Shown here in pieces: positions 10,501-20,393 of a stretch of 64,000 bases of DNA. How positions within the stretch are numbered: the first letter of the stretch is position 1; each line of letters opens with the position of its first letter. The notes beneath the pieces are model-generated. The model was not told the origin of the DNA, searched no databases, and saw only the letters and a program-made list of their open reading frames with translations. The stretch comes from a virus, in IMG/VR virus record IMGVR_UViG_3300027749_000044; one strand, given 5' to 3'. Made by a program: the position numbers and the translations under genes.

Positions 10501-13266
10501 TTGGCGGCGAACATTGTTGCAATTGGATCTGGATCTGGCATTATTGCCTCGACCACTCCTTATACCGATTCGGTTGGTACATTTAAAACCGATCCAACTG
10601 TACTTGCTTTTATTAGAGAGCAAACAATTGGTATCTCTGCTGTTGGTATGAGGCCTTCGACTCGTCTTTATGTCTTCTTTGATGGAGTATTGATGAGTGG
10701 AACAAATTCTGGTGGAGCATCATATATCACTCCTGCTCTATTGGACTTCACTAAGACTTCGCCATCAGTATCCGATTATCAACCAGCCGGAGCTCCAGGA
10801 ACAGCACTCTATTCCGATTCACAAGGAAGAGTTGCTGCATTACTTCATATTCCACCTGGAGTATTTTATGCCGGTACGAGACCAATCGTTATTACTGATG
10901 TATCATCATTGGTATCATTAAGTGCGGCGACAACAACCGCAGTTACCAATTTCAATGCTTTTAATTATCTTAATTATGTTCCTGATCAGACTGTCATTTC
11001 TACTCGGCCGATTACAACAACCACTCCATCGACTACAGATCAAACAACAGCAATCGTCGCCGGTGGTTCTACTTCAAATGTTACTCCATCGACTTCATCC
11101 AATGTATCGTCATTACCGAATTCATCGGGCGGAACAGGATTAATTCCACCATCAACATTCGCCGGCTTACGTAACTTTGACTTTGGCCAATTCCATTTGG
11201 ATCCATTGGCACAAGCCTTCTATGTTGGATCAGATGGACTTGGAGCATTAACCGGGATTTATTTGACTTCTGTTGATCTATACTTCGCCTCGGCTGATTC
11301 TACATTAGGTGTTACTGTTGAAATTCGAACAATGCAAAATGGAACACCGACAACAACAGTTGTCCCATTATCACAAGTTCACTTAAATGCAAACCAAGTA
11401 AATGTCGATGCAACTACAGCATCCGCCAAAACAACGGTTACATTCCCATCTCCAGTATTCCTTGCTGCCGGTTTCTCTTATGCTCTGTGTATTACTCCTG
11501 ATGGAAGTAATCCTAATTATAATGTTTGGACTGCGGCTGTTGGTGGGACTGATGTAACAACTTCCCAGGCTATTACCAAGAATTGGGGATCAGGCGATCT
11601 CTTTACTTCGACCAATGGAGAAACTTGGGTTCCTGTTCAAAATGAATTCATGAAGTTCACTTTGTATACTGCCAACTTTACTTCGACTTCTGGATCTGTT
11701 TCATTGACAAACCGGGATTTCGAATTCTTTGCTGTTACCAATGCAACTTCACAATATACAATCGGTGAATATGCATTCATCTCTGGCTTGTCACCGAATG
11801 TTTTCATTACTTCTGGATCAAATTCGGTTGCAACTGTTTCGACTTCATCATTAACCATGACATTGACTTCCGGTAATACTGTATATGCCAATAATACAGG
11901 TGGAACGATTTCATCTGCCGGCTTTACTGCATTCACGGATAATACTGCATTGATTGTTTCCAATGGATCGGTTTATGATATACTGTTCGTTTCTGGAACA
12001 CCATCATCAACAACAACACTTACATTGAAGAACTATCCGAAATTCTCGGGTTCTGTTTCACTTTCTACTCCACCGGTTGGTAAAGTATTTGAGTTCGATC
12101 CAACCAGATTGATTTTGTCATTGGATGAATCAAATGCATCCAATACAAATTATTTCGTATCATCGAATTCGACCAATACTTACTATATGATTGGCACTCG
12201 TTCAGGTGCAAACTCCAAGATCAAGACTTTGCGTAATAGAACAATGAACAGGTTCATGACGAACTTCAATACTATTGTTCCAACCGGATCTGCATTGCAG
12301 TTCAATATGGTCAATACTGTTCGATATAACTATTCAAATACTATTCAGACTCCATTCAATCTATCTGGAATGAACTATTTCACCAATGCGGAAATTATTG
12401 TTGCATCTAGGTCAAATGAGATCGTCAATATGGGTTCTGCGAAATCATTGGTGGCGAATATTGTTCTTTCGTCGACCTCGAATACATCTTCTCCTGTACT
12501 TGATCTATCGGCAACCTCGTTGCTTGGTTTCCGTAATATCATTTCTGGATTGAATTCAGTCCAAAGCGAAAACACCAAAACAGGACTTATCCAAAACAAG
12601 TATGTCTCCAAGACGATTACATTGGCCAATGGATTGGATTCAGAAGACTTGGTTGTTTATCTATCTGCATATCAACCTCCTGGTACATACATTAATGTCT
12701 ATGGCAAATTCTTGGCTGCATCTGATCCCGAGCCATTCGACAATAAAGATTGGACTCTATTGCAACAGAATGCGGCATCATTTGGTCTTTATTCATCTCC
12801 AACTGATTTGTCCGATATCAAAGAATATCAATATTCGGTTGCTCCATTCCTTCCTTCTGTACCAAAGCCAGGATATATTTCATTCACTGCTGGAGCAAAT
12901 ACGATTACTGGGACAAATACATCATTCTATACGGATGCTCCTGTTGGATCTGTAATTACTGTATTCCCTGATGCAACATATTTGACTTCCCAGACTGTTC
13001 GAGTTACTGCGGTTAATTCTAATACATCAATCAATGTCGATCAGAATATGACTTACAATGCAACCGGTGGAACTTATCAATTCAGTCCTGTTCCAAAGAC
13101 GGCGTTTCTGAATCAAAATAACTTGGGTCTAATTCGTTACTATGGATCAAATGGTATTGCTTATGATAATTTCATTACTTTCGCGATCAAGATTGCATTG
13201 ATTGCCAATACCAACTATTCTGTTCCTCGGGTACTTAATCTTCGTGCAGTAGCGGCTACAGTATAA
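10501..13266 (+). CDS. Virion structural protein, DUF4815/VrlC-like C-terminal part (TTG start)
   Basis: MRPSTRLYVFFDG, DPLAQAF, TSVDLYF, FAIKIALIA..VPRVLNLRAVA. AAGGAA RBS precedes the TTG. Confidence 0.78.
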   Translation: MAANIVAIGSGSGIIASTTPYTDSVGTFKTDPTVLAFIREQTIGISAVGMRPSTRLYVFFDGVLMSGTNSGGASYITPALLDFTKTSPSVSDYQPAGAPGTALYSDSQGRVAALLHIPPGVFYAGTRPIVITDVSSLVSLSAATTTAVTNFNAFNYLNYVPDQTVISTRPITTTTPSTTDQTTAIVAGGSTSNVTPSTSSNVSSLPNSSGGTGLIPPSTFAGLRNFDFGQFHLDPLAQAFYVGSDGLGALTGIYLTSVDLYFASADSTLGVTVEIRTMQNGTPTTTVVPLSQVHLNANQVNVDATTASAKTTVTFPSPVFLAAGFSYALCITPDGSNPNYNVWTAAVGGTDVTTSQAITKNWGSGDLFTSTNGETWVPVQNEFMKFTLYTANFTSTSGSVSLTNRDFEFFAVTNATSQYTIGEYAFISGLSPNVFITSGSNSVATVSTSSLTMTLTSGNTVYANNTGGTISSAGFTAFTDNTALIVSNGSVYDILFVSGTPSSTTTLTLKNYPKFSGSVSLSTPPVGKVFEFDPTRLILSLDESNASNTNYFVSSNSTNTYYMIGTRSGANSKIKTLRNRTMNRFMTNFNTIVPTGSALQFNMVNTVRYNYSNTIQTPFNLSGMNYFTNAEIIVASRSNEIVNMGSAKSLVANIVLSSTSNTSSPVLDLSATSLLGFRNIISGLNSVQSENTKTGLIQNKYVSKTITLANGLDSEDLVVYLSAYQPPGTYINVYGKFLAASDPEPFDNKDWTLLQQNAASFGLYSSPTDLSDIKEYQYSVAPFLPSVPKPGYISFTAGANTITGTNTSFYTDAPVGSVITVFPDATYLTSQTVRVTAVNSNTSINVDQNMTYNATGGTYQFSPVPKTAFLNQNNLGLIRYYGSNGIAYDNFITFAIKIALIANTNYSVPRVLNLRAVAATV

Positions 13267-13481
13267 TGAAACTCGTAAAAACCGACCAAGAAGATTTCAT
13301 GAAAGACTTACATAGCAAAGCCATTCTAAATACAAATGTCGATGCTTGTAATGCATACAAGAAACAAAGAGATCGATTACTTCGGACGGACACTTTGGTT
13401 ACTGAAGTAGAAACACTGAAATCGGATGTATCGGAAATTAAGTCAATGCTATTAACTCTATTGAATAGGACCGCAAATTAA
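13266..13481 (+). CDS. Small conserved coiled-coil protein of T4-like tail regions
   Basis: KDLHSKAILNT and LKSDVSEIKSMLLTLL. Overlaps both neighbours (TAATG coupling). Confidence 0.7.
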   Translation: MKLVKTDQEDFMKDLHSKAILNTNVDACNAYKKQRDRLLRTDTLVTEVETLKSDVSEIKSMLLTLLNRTAN

Positions 13482-16408
13482 TGTCCAAGTCTTATTACCT
13501 TTCAGCTAATATTTCTCCAACATACGATACATTTGCTTCTTGGTTAACAAAGACAAATACTATCTTATATGATATGGGAACATATGTTGTTACCACAGAT
13601 ACGACAACTTCTGGCGGAACGACAACAGGAAATGCCTATGTCAATGGTTTCTTTTCTGCAAATACATTAATTGCCCAGGACGCCCTTCGTGGTGGTAATA
13701 TTGCATCCAATGGTGTCCTGAATATTGTCTCAAATACTGTGGTCAACAATTCGATCTTGACTGTTGGTAATTCGACTTTCTATGTCCAATCAGGATATAT
13801 TCCTTCCCAGTTATCTACTGTATGGAATCAATTATCGGTCAATAATTATACCCAGGTTGCTCTTGTAAATGCCAATACAGGAACTTATGCTTCTGGTGAC
13901 TTTGTTGTTTATAATGATATCGGATCAGCAACCCAGAATATCTATGTTGATATGGGTATTAATTCATCTGGATTTACTGGAGCTGGTACTTGGACAATCA
14001 ATGGTCCTTCTGATGGTTATATCTATACTGGTAACTCGAATTTCTCTATTGGTGCTGCAAATAACAACTATGTAAACTTCTTTACTAATGGTACTCTTGC
14101 TGCCAACGAAAGAATGAGAATTGCTGCTAATGGAAACATTGGTATTGGTAATACTGCTCCTGATGCCTTATTGAAAGTCCAAGGTACTGCAAATATCATT
14201 GGTAATACATTCATTTCTGGTACATTGAATGTGGCGTCTACAGGTTATTTCCAGAATAACGTAACCGTATTAGGAACTCTGACGACTTCTGGATCAGTAG
14301 GAATTTCTACACTCACAGGATCAATTGCAAATACATTCGTAAAGATCAGCGGATCAAATACTGTTACATATGCAACAATAGCATTGGGCGATCTCAGCAA
14401 TGTCACAGGAGTTGGATCGCCGACTTCAGGATACGTGCTTGCATGGAATGGTACTTCATGGACAGCAACAAATCCATCTGGCATTTCCACTGCTATTAAT
14501 TCGAATACTATTTTAATTGCAAATACTGCCCAGATTGGTGGTAATGCTACTGCTAATTATATTTTTCAGGTAAATGGAAATACGACTGTTGGTTCTATTA
14601 TTGCCAACTCTGCCAATATTACTCTCCAATCAACTGCAAATGTCCAAATCCTCGGAAGCGCCAATGTTACCGGAAGCGTATACGGAACATTCGTTGGTGG
14701 ATTAACAGGAAATGTCACCGGCAATTCAAATACAGCAACTAAATGGTTTGCTCCCGTAAACGTAACTGTTGCAGGTGATGTGGTTAATTCTTCTGCCACA
14801 ACTCTTGATGGTTCGTCTAATATTACTATCAATACTATCCTTTCAAATACGGCTGTTACTCCTGGAACTTATGGTAATTCTACTTCATATCCTGTTATTA
14901 CTGTTGATTCAAAAGGAAGACTTACTGCTGTTTCGAATCAATCCGGTGGTGGAGGTGGAGTATCAACCTTCAATACTAGATCAGGTGCTGTTACTTTACA
15001 GGCATCAGATGTTACGGGTGCATTAGGTAACGTCGTCCAGACTAATACTTCTCCTACATTTACTGTTCCTGTTATTATTTCAAACACGGCCAATGTTGCT
15101 TCTCTATTGACATTGAATGGCGGATTGGCCATGAACAATACTGGCATCACAATGAATGCCGTGTCTATTGTTATAACTTCAGGTGACATAACAACCAGAG
15201 ATTTGATTTCAGGTCGAAATGTTTCGGCAGCAAATGCCGTGTTTACTGGAAGTGCTACTGTTAATACCACAATATCTGGATCAACAATTTCATTTGCTAA
15301 TGCCACCGCAACTGTTACTATTAATGCAACATCTTATGGTGGCGCCGCGAACAATGCATCTTATCTTGGTGGAACCGCGGCGGCATCATATGCTCTACAG
15401 TCATATGTTACTGGATTAGGATTCGCGAATTCTACCAACGGAGCATCAATCAATGGTAATGCTTCGAATATTACAGGAACATATAGCGGAACAATTACAT
15501 CTACCCAAGTAACAAATGGGCTTGGTTATACTCCATACAATTCTAGTAATCCTTCAGGATTCATTACTACAGGCGGCGGAACATTCAGTGGTGCCGTTAC
15601 ATTCAGTGCCGGAATTACAAATAACCAAGCATATGTCATGAATGCAAACAATGGTTCTGGATACAGTTATAATTTCCAAATCGGAACCGGCGGTATCTCA
15701 AAGTTTCTAAGAACAAATAGTGCCGGTGGATTAGAATTTATTAATAGTGCATACAACTCGGTAATTGCTACTTTGACTGATGCTGGATCATTTAATGCCG
15801 GTAACTTAACAATTGCTGGCAGCCAAGTATTATATTCGGGAAATTATACTTCATATTCACCTTCACTTACAGGATCAGGTGCTTCGGGTACTTGGGGGAT
15901 TAACGTAACTGGTTCATCTGGATCTGTATCGGGCGTTACCTTGCAAGGCGGTTTGGGAACAGGAAATTCTCCACAATTCAATTCACTTGGTATTGGAACC
16001 GGCGCTTCCGGAACCACAGGTGAAATTCGAGCAACCAATAACATTACGGCATACTATTCAGATTATAGATTAAAGACAAATATTACTGTAATTCCTAATG
16101 CCCTTGATAAAGTCATGTCTATATCCGGTGTTACCTTCCAGGCAAATGAATTGGCCGGAACTTATGGTTATACAGATAAACGAACACAAGTCGGAGTTAT
16201 TGCTCAAGAAATTGAAAAGGTATTACCTGAAATTGTTGTGCCTGCTCCATTTGATATTACACAAGATGAAGATGGACGCGAATATTCTCGGTCAGGAGAA
16301 AATTTCAAAACTGTACAATACGAAAAATTGGTTCCATTGTTGATTGAAGCCATCAAAGAACTTAAGTTAGAAGTTGATGTATTGAAGGCAAAGTTGAATG
16401 ACGCTTAA
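13481..16408 (+). CDS. Long tail fibre with C-terminal intramolecular chaperone (peptidase S74-like)
   Basis: N-terminal TFASWLTKTN fibre anchor, beta-rich repeats, and SDYRLKTNI...GVIAQEIEKVLPE...VQYEKLVPLLIEAIKEL autocleaving chaperone motifs. Confidence 0.85.
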   Translation: MSKSYYLSANISPTYDTFASWLTKTNTILYDMGTYVVTTDTTTSGGTTTGNAYVNGFFSANTLIAQDALRGGNIASNGVLNIVSNTVVNNSILTVGNSTFYVQSGYIPSQLSTVWNQLSVNNYTQVALVNANTGTYASGDFVVYNDIGSATQNIYVDMGINSSGFTGAGTWTINGPSDGYIYTGNSNFSIGAANNNYVNFFTNGTLAANERMRIAANGNIGIGNTAPDALLKVQGTANIIGNTFISGTLNVASTGYFQNNVTVLGTLTTSGSVGISTLTGSIANTFVKISGSNTVTYATIALGDLSNVTGVGSPTSGYVLAWNGTSWTATNPSGISTAINSNTILIANTAQIGGNATANYIFQVNGNTTVGSIIANSANITLQSTANVQILGSANVTGSVYGTFVGGLTGNVTGNSNTATKWFAPVNVTVAGDVVNSSATTLDGSSNITINTILSNTAVTPGTYGNSTSYPVITVDSKGRLTAVSNQSGGGGGVSTFNTRSGAVTLQASDVTGALGNVVQTNTSPTFTVPVIISNTANVASLLTLNGGLAMNNTGITMNAVSIVITSGDITTRDLISGRNVSAANAVFTGSATVNTTISGSTISFANATATVTINATSYGGAANNASYLGGTAAASYALQSYVTGLGFANSTNGASINGNASNITGTYSGTITSTQVTNGLGYTPYNSSNPSGFITTGGGTFSGAVTFSAGITNNQAYVMNANNGSGYSYNFQIGTGGISKFLRTNSAGGLEFINSAYNSVIATLTDAGSFNAGNLTIAGSQVLYSGNYTSYSPSLTGSGASGTWGINVTGSSGSVSGVTLQGGLGTGNSPQFNSLGIGTGASGTTGEIRATNNITAYYSDYRLKTNITVIPNALDKVMSISGVTFQANELAGTYGYTDKRTQVGVIAQEIEKVLPEIVVPAPFDITQDEDGREYSRSGENFKTVQYEKLVPLLIEAIKELKLEVDVLKAKLNDA

Positions 16409-17156
16409 TGCATCTGGTACAATCAGTTTAGCCGGAACTACCGCAGGCCAATCGATTGAAATTGAACTTGGTGGAAATGGAACAACTCAAATTTCATTGA
16501 ACGATACAAACGTACGGACTCTTTCTGGAACATCCTCGGGTACCCAAGTATCATTATCTACATTTTATGGTAAATCTAATTTTACTCCATTCAATCAAAC
16601 TATTACTTCTGGATCAGGAACTGTTACTGCTCCTGCTGGTGCCGTACAATGTGTCATTTATATGTGGGGCGGCGGCGGAGGCGGTGGTGGTACGATATCA
16701 GGAGGAAACTCTTCGGGTGGAGGCGGCGGTGCATTCGTTTATAAAACCGTGGCCGTTACAGGTGGATCTACAAGCTTTAGTTACACCGTAGGTGGCGGGG
16801 GCGGCGGCGGTACATATATTGGTGGCACAGGCGCCGGAACGGCCGGAGGTACGACGACTATAACTGGAGGAGCCACAATAACCGCAGGTGGCGGAGGCGG
16901 AGGCGCCCGGGGTGGTGCGGCCGCAGGTGGTACAGGTGGTACGCAATCTGGCGGCGATGCTAATTCCGCCAATGGACAAGCCGGAGGTAGCGGCACGGTT
17001 CAAACCGGCGGCGCAGCCGGCGGAACGGCATACGGCGGCGGAGCCCAAGTGAGTTTTGGAGCTGACGGAAATCTTTATGGCGGCGGCGCCGGCGGCGAGT
17101 CAGATGCAAGCGGCAACAACGGGGCAGCAGGAGCTATTATATTCCATTGGACCTAA
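16398..17156 (+). CDS. Glycine-rich adhesin / fibre-tip protein (T-even gp38-like)
   Basis: Overlaps the fibre stop. N-terminal SGTISL..SLSTFYGKS, many poly-Gly stretches, aromatic C-terminus, locally high GC. Confidence 0.7.
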   Translation: MTLNASGTISLAGTTAGQSIEIELGGNGTTQISLNDTNVRTLSGTSSGTQVSLSTFYGKSNFTPFNQTITSGSGTVTAPAGAVQCVIYMWGGGGGGGGTISGGNSSGGGGGAFVYKTVAVTGGSTSFSYTVGGGGGGGTYIGGTGAGTAGGTTTITGGATITAGGGGGGARGGAAAGGTGGTQSGGDANSANGQAGGSGTVQTGGAAGGTAYGGGAQVSFGADGNLYGGGAGGESDASGNNGAAGAIIFHWT

Positions 17157-17205
17157 TAAATACGATAATATAAATAGACCGACAAATTTTCAGGAGCAAT
17201 AGTTA

Positions 17206-17811
17206 ATGACGACGATCCAAATTAAAGACGGCAATGGTAATTTATTAACTGTACCTGTGTTGCCAATCGGGCAGCAAACTGCCGCTAATTCTGTATCATA
17301 TGTTCCTGCATCAGATTTAGGACCAAATTCAGTTACAGTAACTCCAACAGTAACTGCATCTTCAAATACAACATCACAATCTTGGTATACTTCAGGTCAA
17401 GTTGTTGGTGGATTATTGACATTTGCAAATATGGTCAATGCATCTACATTATCAGGTAGACTAGATTCAATTGTTGTTACCACAAAATCTACACAAACAG
17501 TTGGATTTAAATTATACCTATTTAAACAAAATCCAACAAATACAACGTGGACAGATAAAACTTCTCCTGTAATTAACTCAGCCGATATTCCAAATCTAAT
17601 TGGCGTCTATAGTTTAGACGGAACAGATGATAGTGGATTAGGATTGGGAACAATATATCAGGCAGCATCAACTTTGGGTATTGGAGTTTCTCCAAGAGCC
17701 GTAGTTCTTTCCAACACCAATTTATACGGAGTACTTGTTACTTCTGGTGGTCCAATGCAATTTACGTCAACTTCCGATGTTTCGGTGACAGTGAATATTT
17801 TGAAGACTTAA
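17206..17811 (+). CDS. Hypothetical virion protein
   Basis: ORF with AGGAG RBS and TATAAATA at 17169; S/T-rich. Confidence 0.6.
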   Translation: MTTIQIKDGNGNLLTVPVLPIGQQTAANSVSYVPASDLGPNSVTVTPTVTASSNTTSQSWYTSGQVVGGLLTFANMVNASTLSGRLDSIVVTTKSTQTVGFKLYLFKQNPTNTTWTDKTSPVINSADIPNLIGVYSLDGTDDSGLGLGTIYQAASTLGIGVSPRAVVLSNTNLYGVLVTSGGPMQFTSTSDVSVTVNILKT

Positions 17812-17849
17812 TAACATAAATAAATTGAAATCAAATAAGGATAACATTA

Positions 17850-19754
17850 ATGACTTTTAAGACACCATCAAATACTACCGTAATTCAGCCTGTGGCATTG
17901 GCTACGGCCGCTAAATTTGGTTCAATGGATGGCCTAGGAAGAATTCGTACTTCTCGCCACCAAAACATCTATGAAGCCGACTTCGAATATGGTACACAGC
18001 CAATGCGTTGGGAAAATTATATCATTTCGAGTGCCGGCGGATCATCTATTACACACCAACCAGGTCAAGGTGGCGTCAGGATGCGCCTTGGTACGGCAAA
18101 CGGTGATATGACGATCAGACAGACACGTCCATATCATAGATATCAGCCAGGCAAAACTTTGTATATGGCTACCGCAATTAATTTCGGTGCAGCCCAAACA
18201 GGCCAACGTCAGCGCGTCGGATTTTTTGATGACGGCAACGGTATGTTACTCGAACAAGGCGATCCAATCGCCACTGCCACAACAAATACTCAAACTGGAA
18301 CATTGGTTTCTGGTAATAATTTGATGACCGGATTATCAAATACTTATGGATTCCATTGGGGTATGCAAGTTTCTGGAAATAATATTCCGGCAGGAAATAC
18401 CTATGTCATTCATTCAGTAAATAGTACAGCCTTAATGTTGTCTCAACCGGCAACCGGTTCTTCGACATCCAATTCGTATGTTTTCCAGCTTCCTGCTAAT
18501 CCTTCTGGTATGTTTGCGGTAATGCGATCAGATGTACAAAATTCATTGGGTACTGGTATTGGTGTAAACGGCGGTGTTCCAAATGATATTCGTGTTCCTA
18601 TTGCATATTGGAATGGAGATGCCGGAACAATTTCATCTATCGATTGGACTCGACTCCAAATGATTTGGATGGAATACGCATGGTACGGCGGCGGAATGCT
18701 TCGTTGGGGTGGATTTATTAATGGTGAACCTGTTGTACTCCATTATACCGCTGCCGGAAATAGAACATATGGTACTTTGTCGCAACAAGGCCCATGGTCC
18801 CGTACCGGCAATTTGCCTGTTAGATATGAACAAAGAAATCTAACAACAACTACAGCAAACAATGATATGCTGCACTACGGTGTATCTGTTGTTGTTGAAG
18901 GCGGTACCGACGAACAGCGCGGGTTCACTTACTCATATGGACCAACTCAACCACAAAGAACAGTTACTAGTGCAAATACCAGATTCCCTGTGCTTTCTGT
19001 CCGACCACGTACTATGGGAACAATTGAAGCTTCTGGTAATTCCAGTTTCAATGCAGTAAATTCATCTTCGAATACAACTACGTTGGTATTAAGCACAGCC
19101 AATGCTTCTTGGTCTGCAAATCAATTTGTGGGACGTCATATTTTTTTCCCTGGACTAACCTCAAATTCCGCGGCCATCGGCATCACAGGAAGAATAACTT
19201 TCAATAATACTTCGGCAATTGGATTTGTTGATGTAATAACAAACAACGCAATCGCAAATACCCCTCCTGCCGGACAAGCGTATCAGATTGGATTGATTAA
19301 TCGAGGACAACTATTGCCGAAAACACTTTTTATTAGTGCGAACAATGCAACAATTATTGAATTGATTTCTAGTACACCAAATTCGCCTGTGGTATTAACC
19401 GGACAAACTTGGTTTACTTTAGCAAATACGGCCTATACCTTGAATACAGCAAACGGCGCCGCGGCCAACGTACAGCAAGCACTTATGCCTGGATCAAACA
19501 ATTCTGGACTCGGATCTAACTATTCGTTTGCTGAAAGAGATGTTAATGCCACAGCGATCACTGGCGGAGAAGTTGTGTTCGCTCTCGTTTCGCCTGCTGG
19601 TGGTTCTGGATTGCAACAAATTGATTTGTCGTATTTCTTCCCTCTGTATAACACTATTGCTGGTGGTTCTCCCGACATTTTAACACTTGCGGCAACAACT
19701 ACTGCCACTACAGCAATTGGTGTACACTTAATTGCCCAAGAGGCCATGTCTTAA
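17850..19754 (+). CDS. Hypothetical virion/fibre-associated protein
   Basis: 634 aa ORF with AAGGA RBS and CATAAATA at 17815; located in the structural block. Confidence 0.6.
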   Translation: MTFKTPSNTTVIQPVALATAAKFGSMDGLGRIRTSRHQNIYEADFEYGTQPMRWENYIISSAGGSSITHQPGQGGVRMRLGTANGDMTIRQTRPYHRYQPGKTLYMATAINFGAAQTGQRQRVGFFDDGNGMLLEQGDPIATATTNTQTGTLVSGNNLMTGLSNTYGFHWGMQVSGNNIPAGNTYVIHSVNSTALMLSQPATGSSTSNSYVFQLPANPSGMFAVMRSDVQNSLGTGIGVNGGVPNDIRVPIAYWNGDAGTISSIDWTRLQMIWMEYAWYGGGMLRWGGFINGEPVVLHYTAAGNRTYGTLSQQGPWSRTGNLPVRYEQRNLTTTTANNDMLHYGVSVVVEGGTDEQRGFTYSYGPTQPQRTVTSANTRFPVLSVRPRTMGTIEASGNSSFNAVNSSSNTTTLVLSTANASWSANQFVGRHIFFPGLTSNSAAIGITGRITFNNTSAIGFVDVITNNAIANTPPAGQAYQIGLINRGQLLPKTLFISANNATIIELISSTPNSPVVLTGQTWFTLANTAYTLNTANGAAANVQQALMPGSNNSGLGSNYSFAERDVNATAITGGEVVFALVSPAGGSGLQQIDLSYFFPLYNTIAGGSPDILTLAATTTATTAIGVHLIAQEAMS

Positions 19755-19790
19755 TCATAAATACTCCTGATTAATGAATAGGAGGCTATC

Positions 19791-20153
19791 ATTTCAGCAA
19801 AGGCTAATATTGTTGTAGATCAAGGTTCAACCTTTTCGACCTATCTCAACTTAACAGATAGCACAGGAAATACTATAAACCTGACCGGTGTCACTGCCAT
19901 CGGTCAGGTTCGTAGTTGGTATACTTCTTCAACGTACGTGAATTTTAACATTACTATTCCTACTCCTAATACAGGAAATATTAATATTGCATTATCTTCG
20001 AATGCAACAGCAAACATGTCTCCAGGAAGATATGTTTATGACATAGATACGGTCGATGCTTCTGGAAACGTCACGCGGGTCGTTGAAGGTATTTTAACTA
20101 TAACACCTGCCGTCACTCAACTACCTGGTGTGGGGTATGCAAGTGGCTATTAA
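19791..20153 (+). CDS. Small conserved baseplate/fibre Ig-like protein, probable ATT start
   Basis: In frame with the listed 19938 ORF; reads (M)SAKANIVVDQGSTFSTYLNL...GRYVYDID..RVVEGILTITPAVT. GGAGG at 19781; in-frame TAG at 19779. Confidence 0.7.
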   Translation: MSAKANIVVDQGSTFSTYLNLTDSTGNTINLTGVTAIGQVRSWYTSSTYVNFNITIPTPNTGNINIALSSNATANMSPGRYVYDIDTVDASGNVTRVVEGILTITPAVTQLPGVGYASGY

Positions 20154-20367
20154 TAACAGTATAATAAATGTCAAATTCGCATCAAATGTAAATCCTATCA
20201 TCCTTAAGAATCAAAATCCATCATCTGTAATAAATGGAGCAACAACTCTTAAAGGACTGAACGATGTTATTTTGGATAATCCAACAAATAACAGTGTATT
20301 AATTTACAACAGTTCCGACCAAGAATTTCATCTAGACCAATTGTCTCTGGATGGTGGAAAATTCTAA
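20137..20367 (+). CDS. Small fibre-associated protein ending in DGGxF
   Basis: LKGLNDV..NSVLIYN..LDGGKF. Start is ATG 20137 or GTG 20143. Confidence 0.6.
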   Translation: MQVAINNSIINVKFASNVNPIILKNQNPSSVINGATTLKGLNDVILDNPTNNSVLIYNSSDQEFHLDQLSLDGGKF

Positions 20368-20393
20368 ATAAAAGAAAAAAGGATCCGTAAAAC

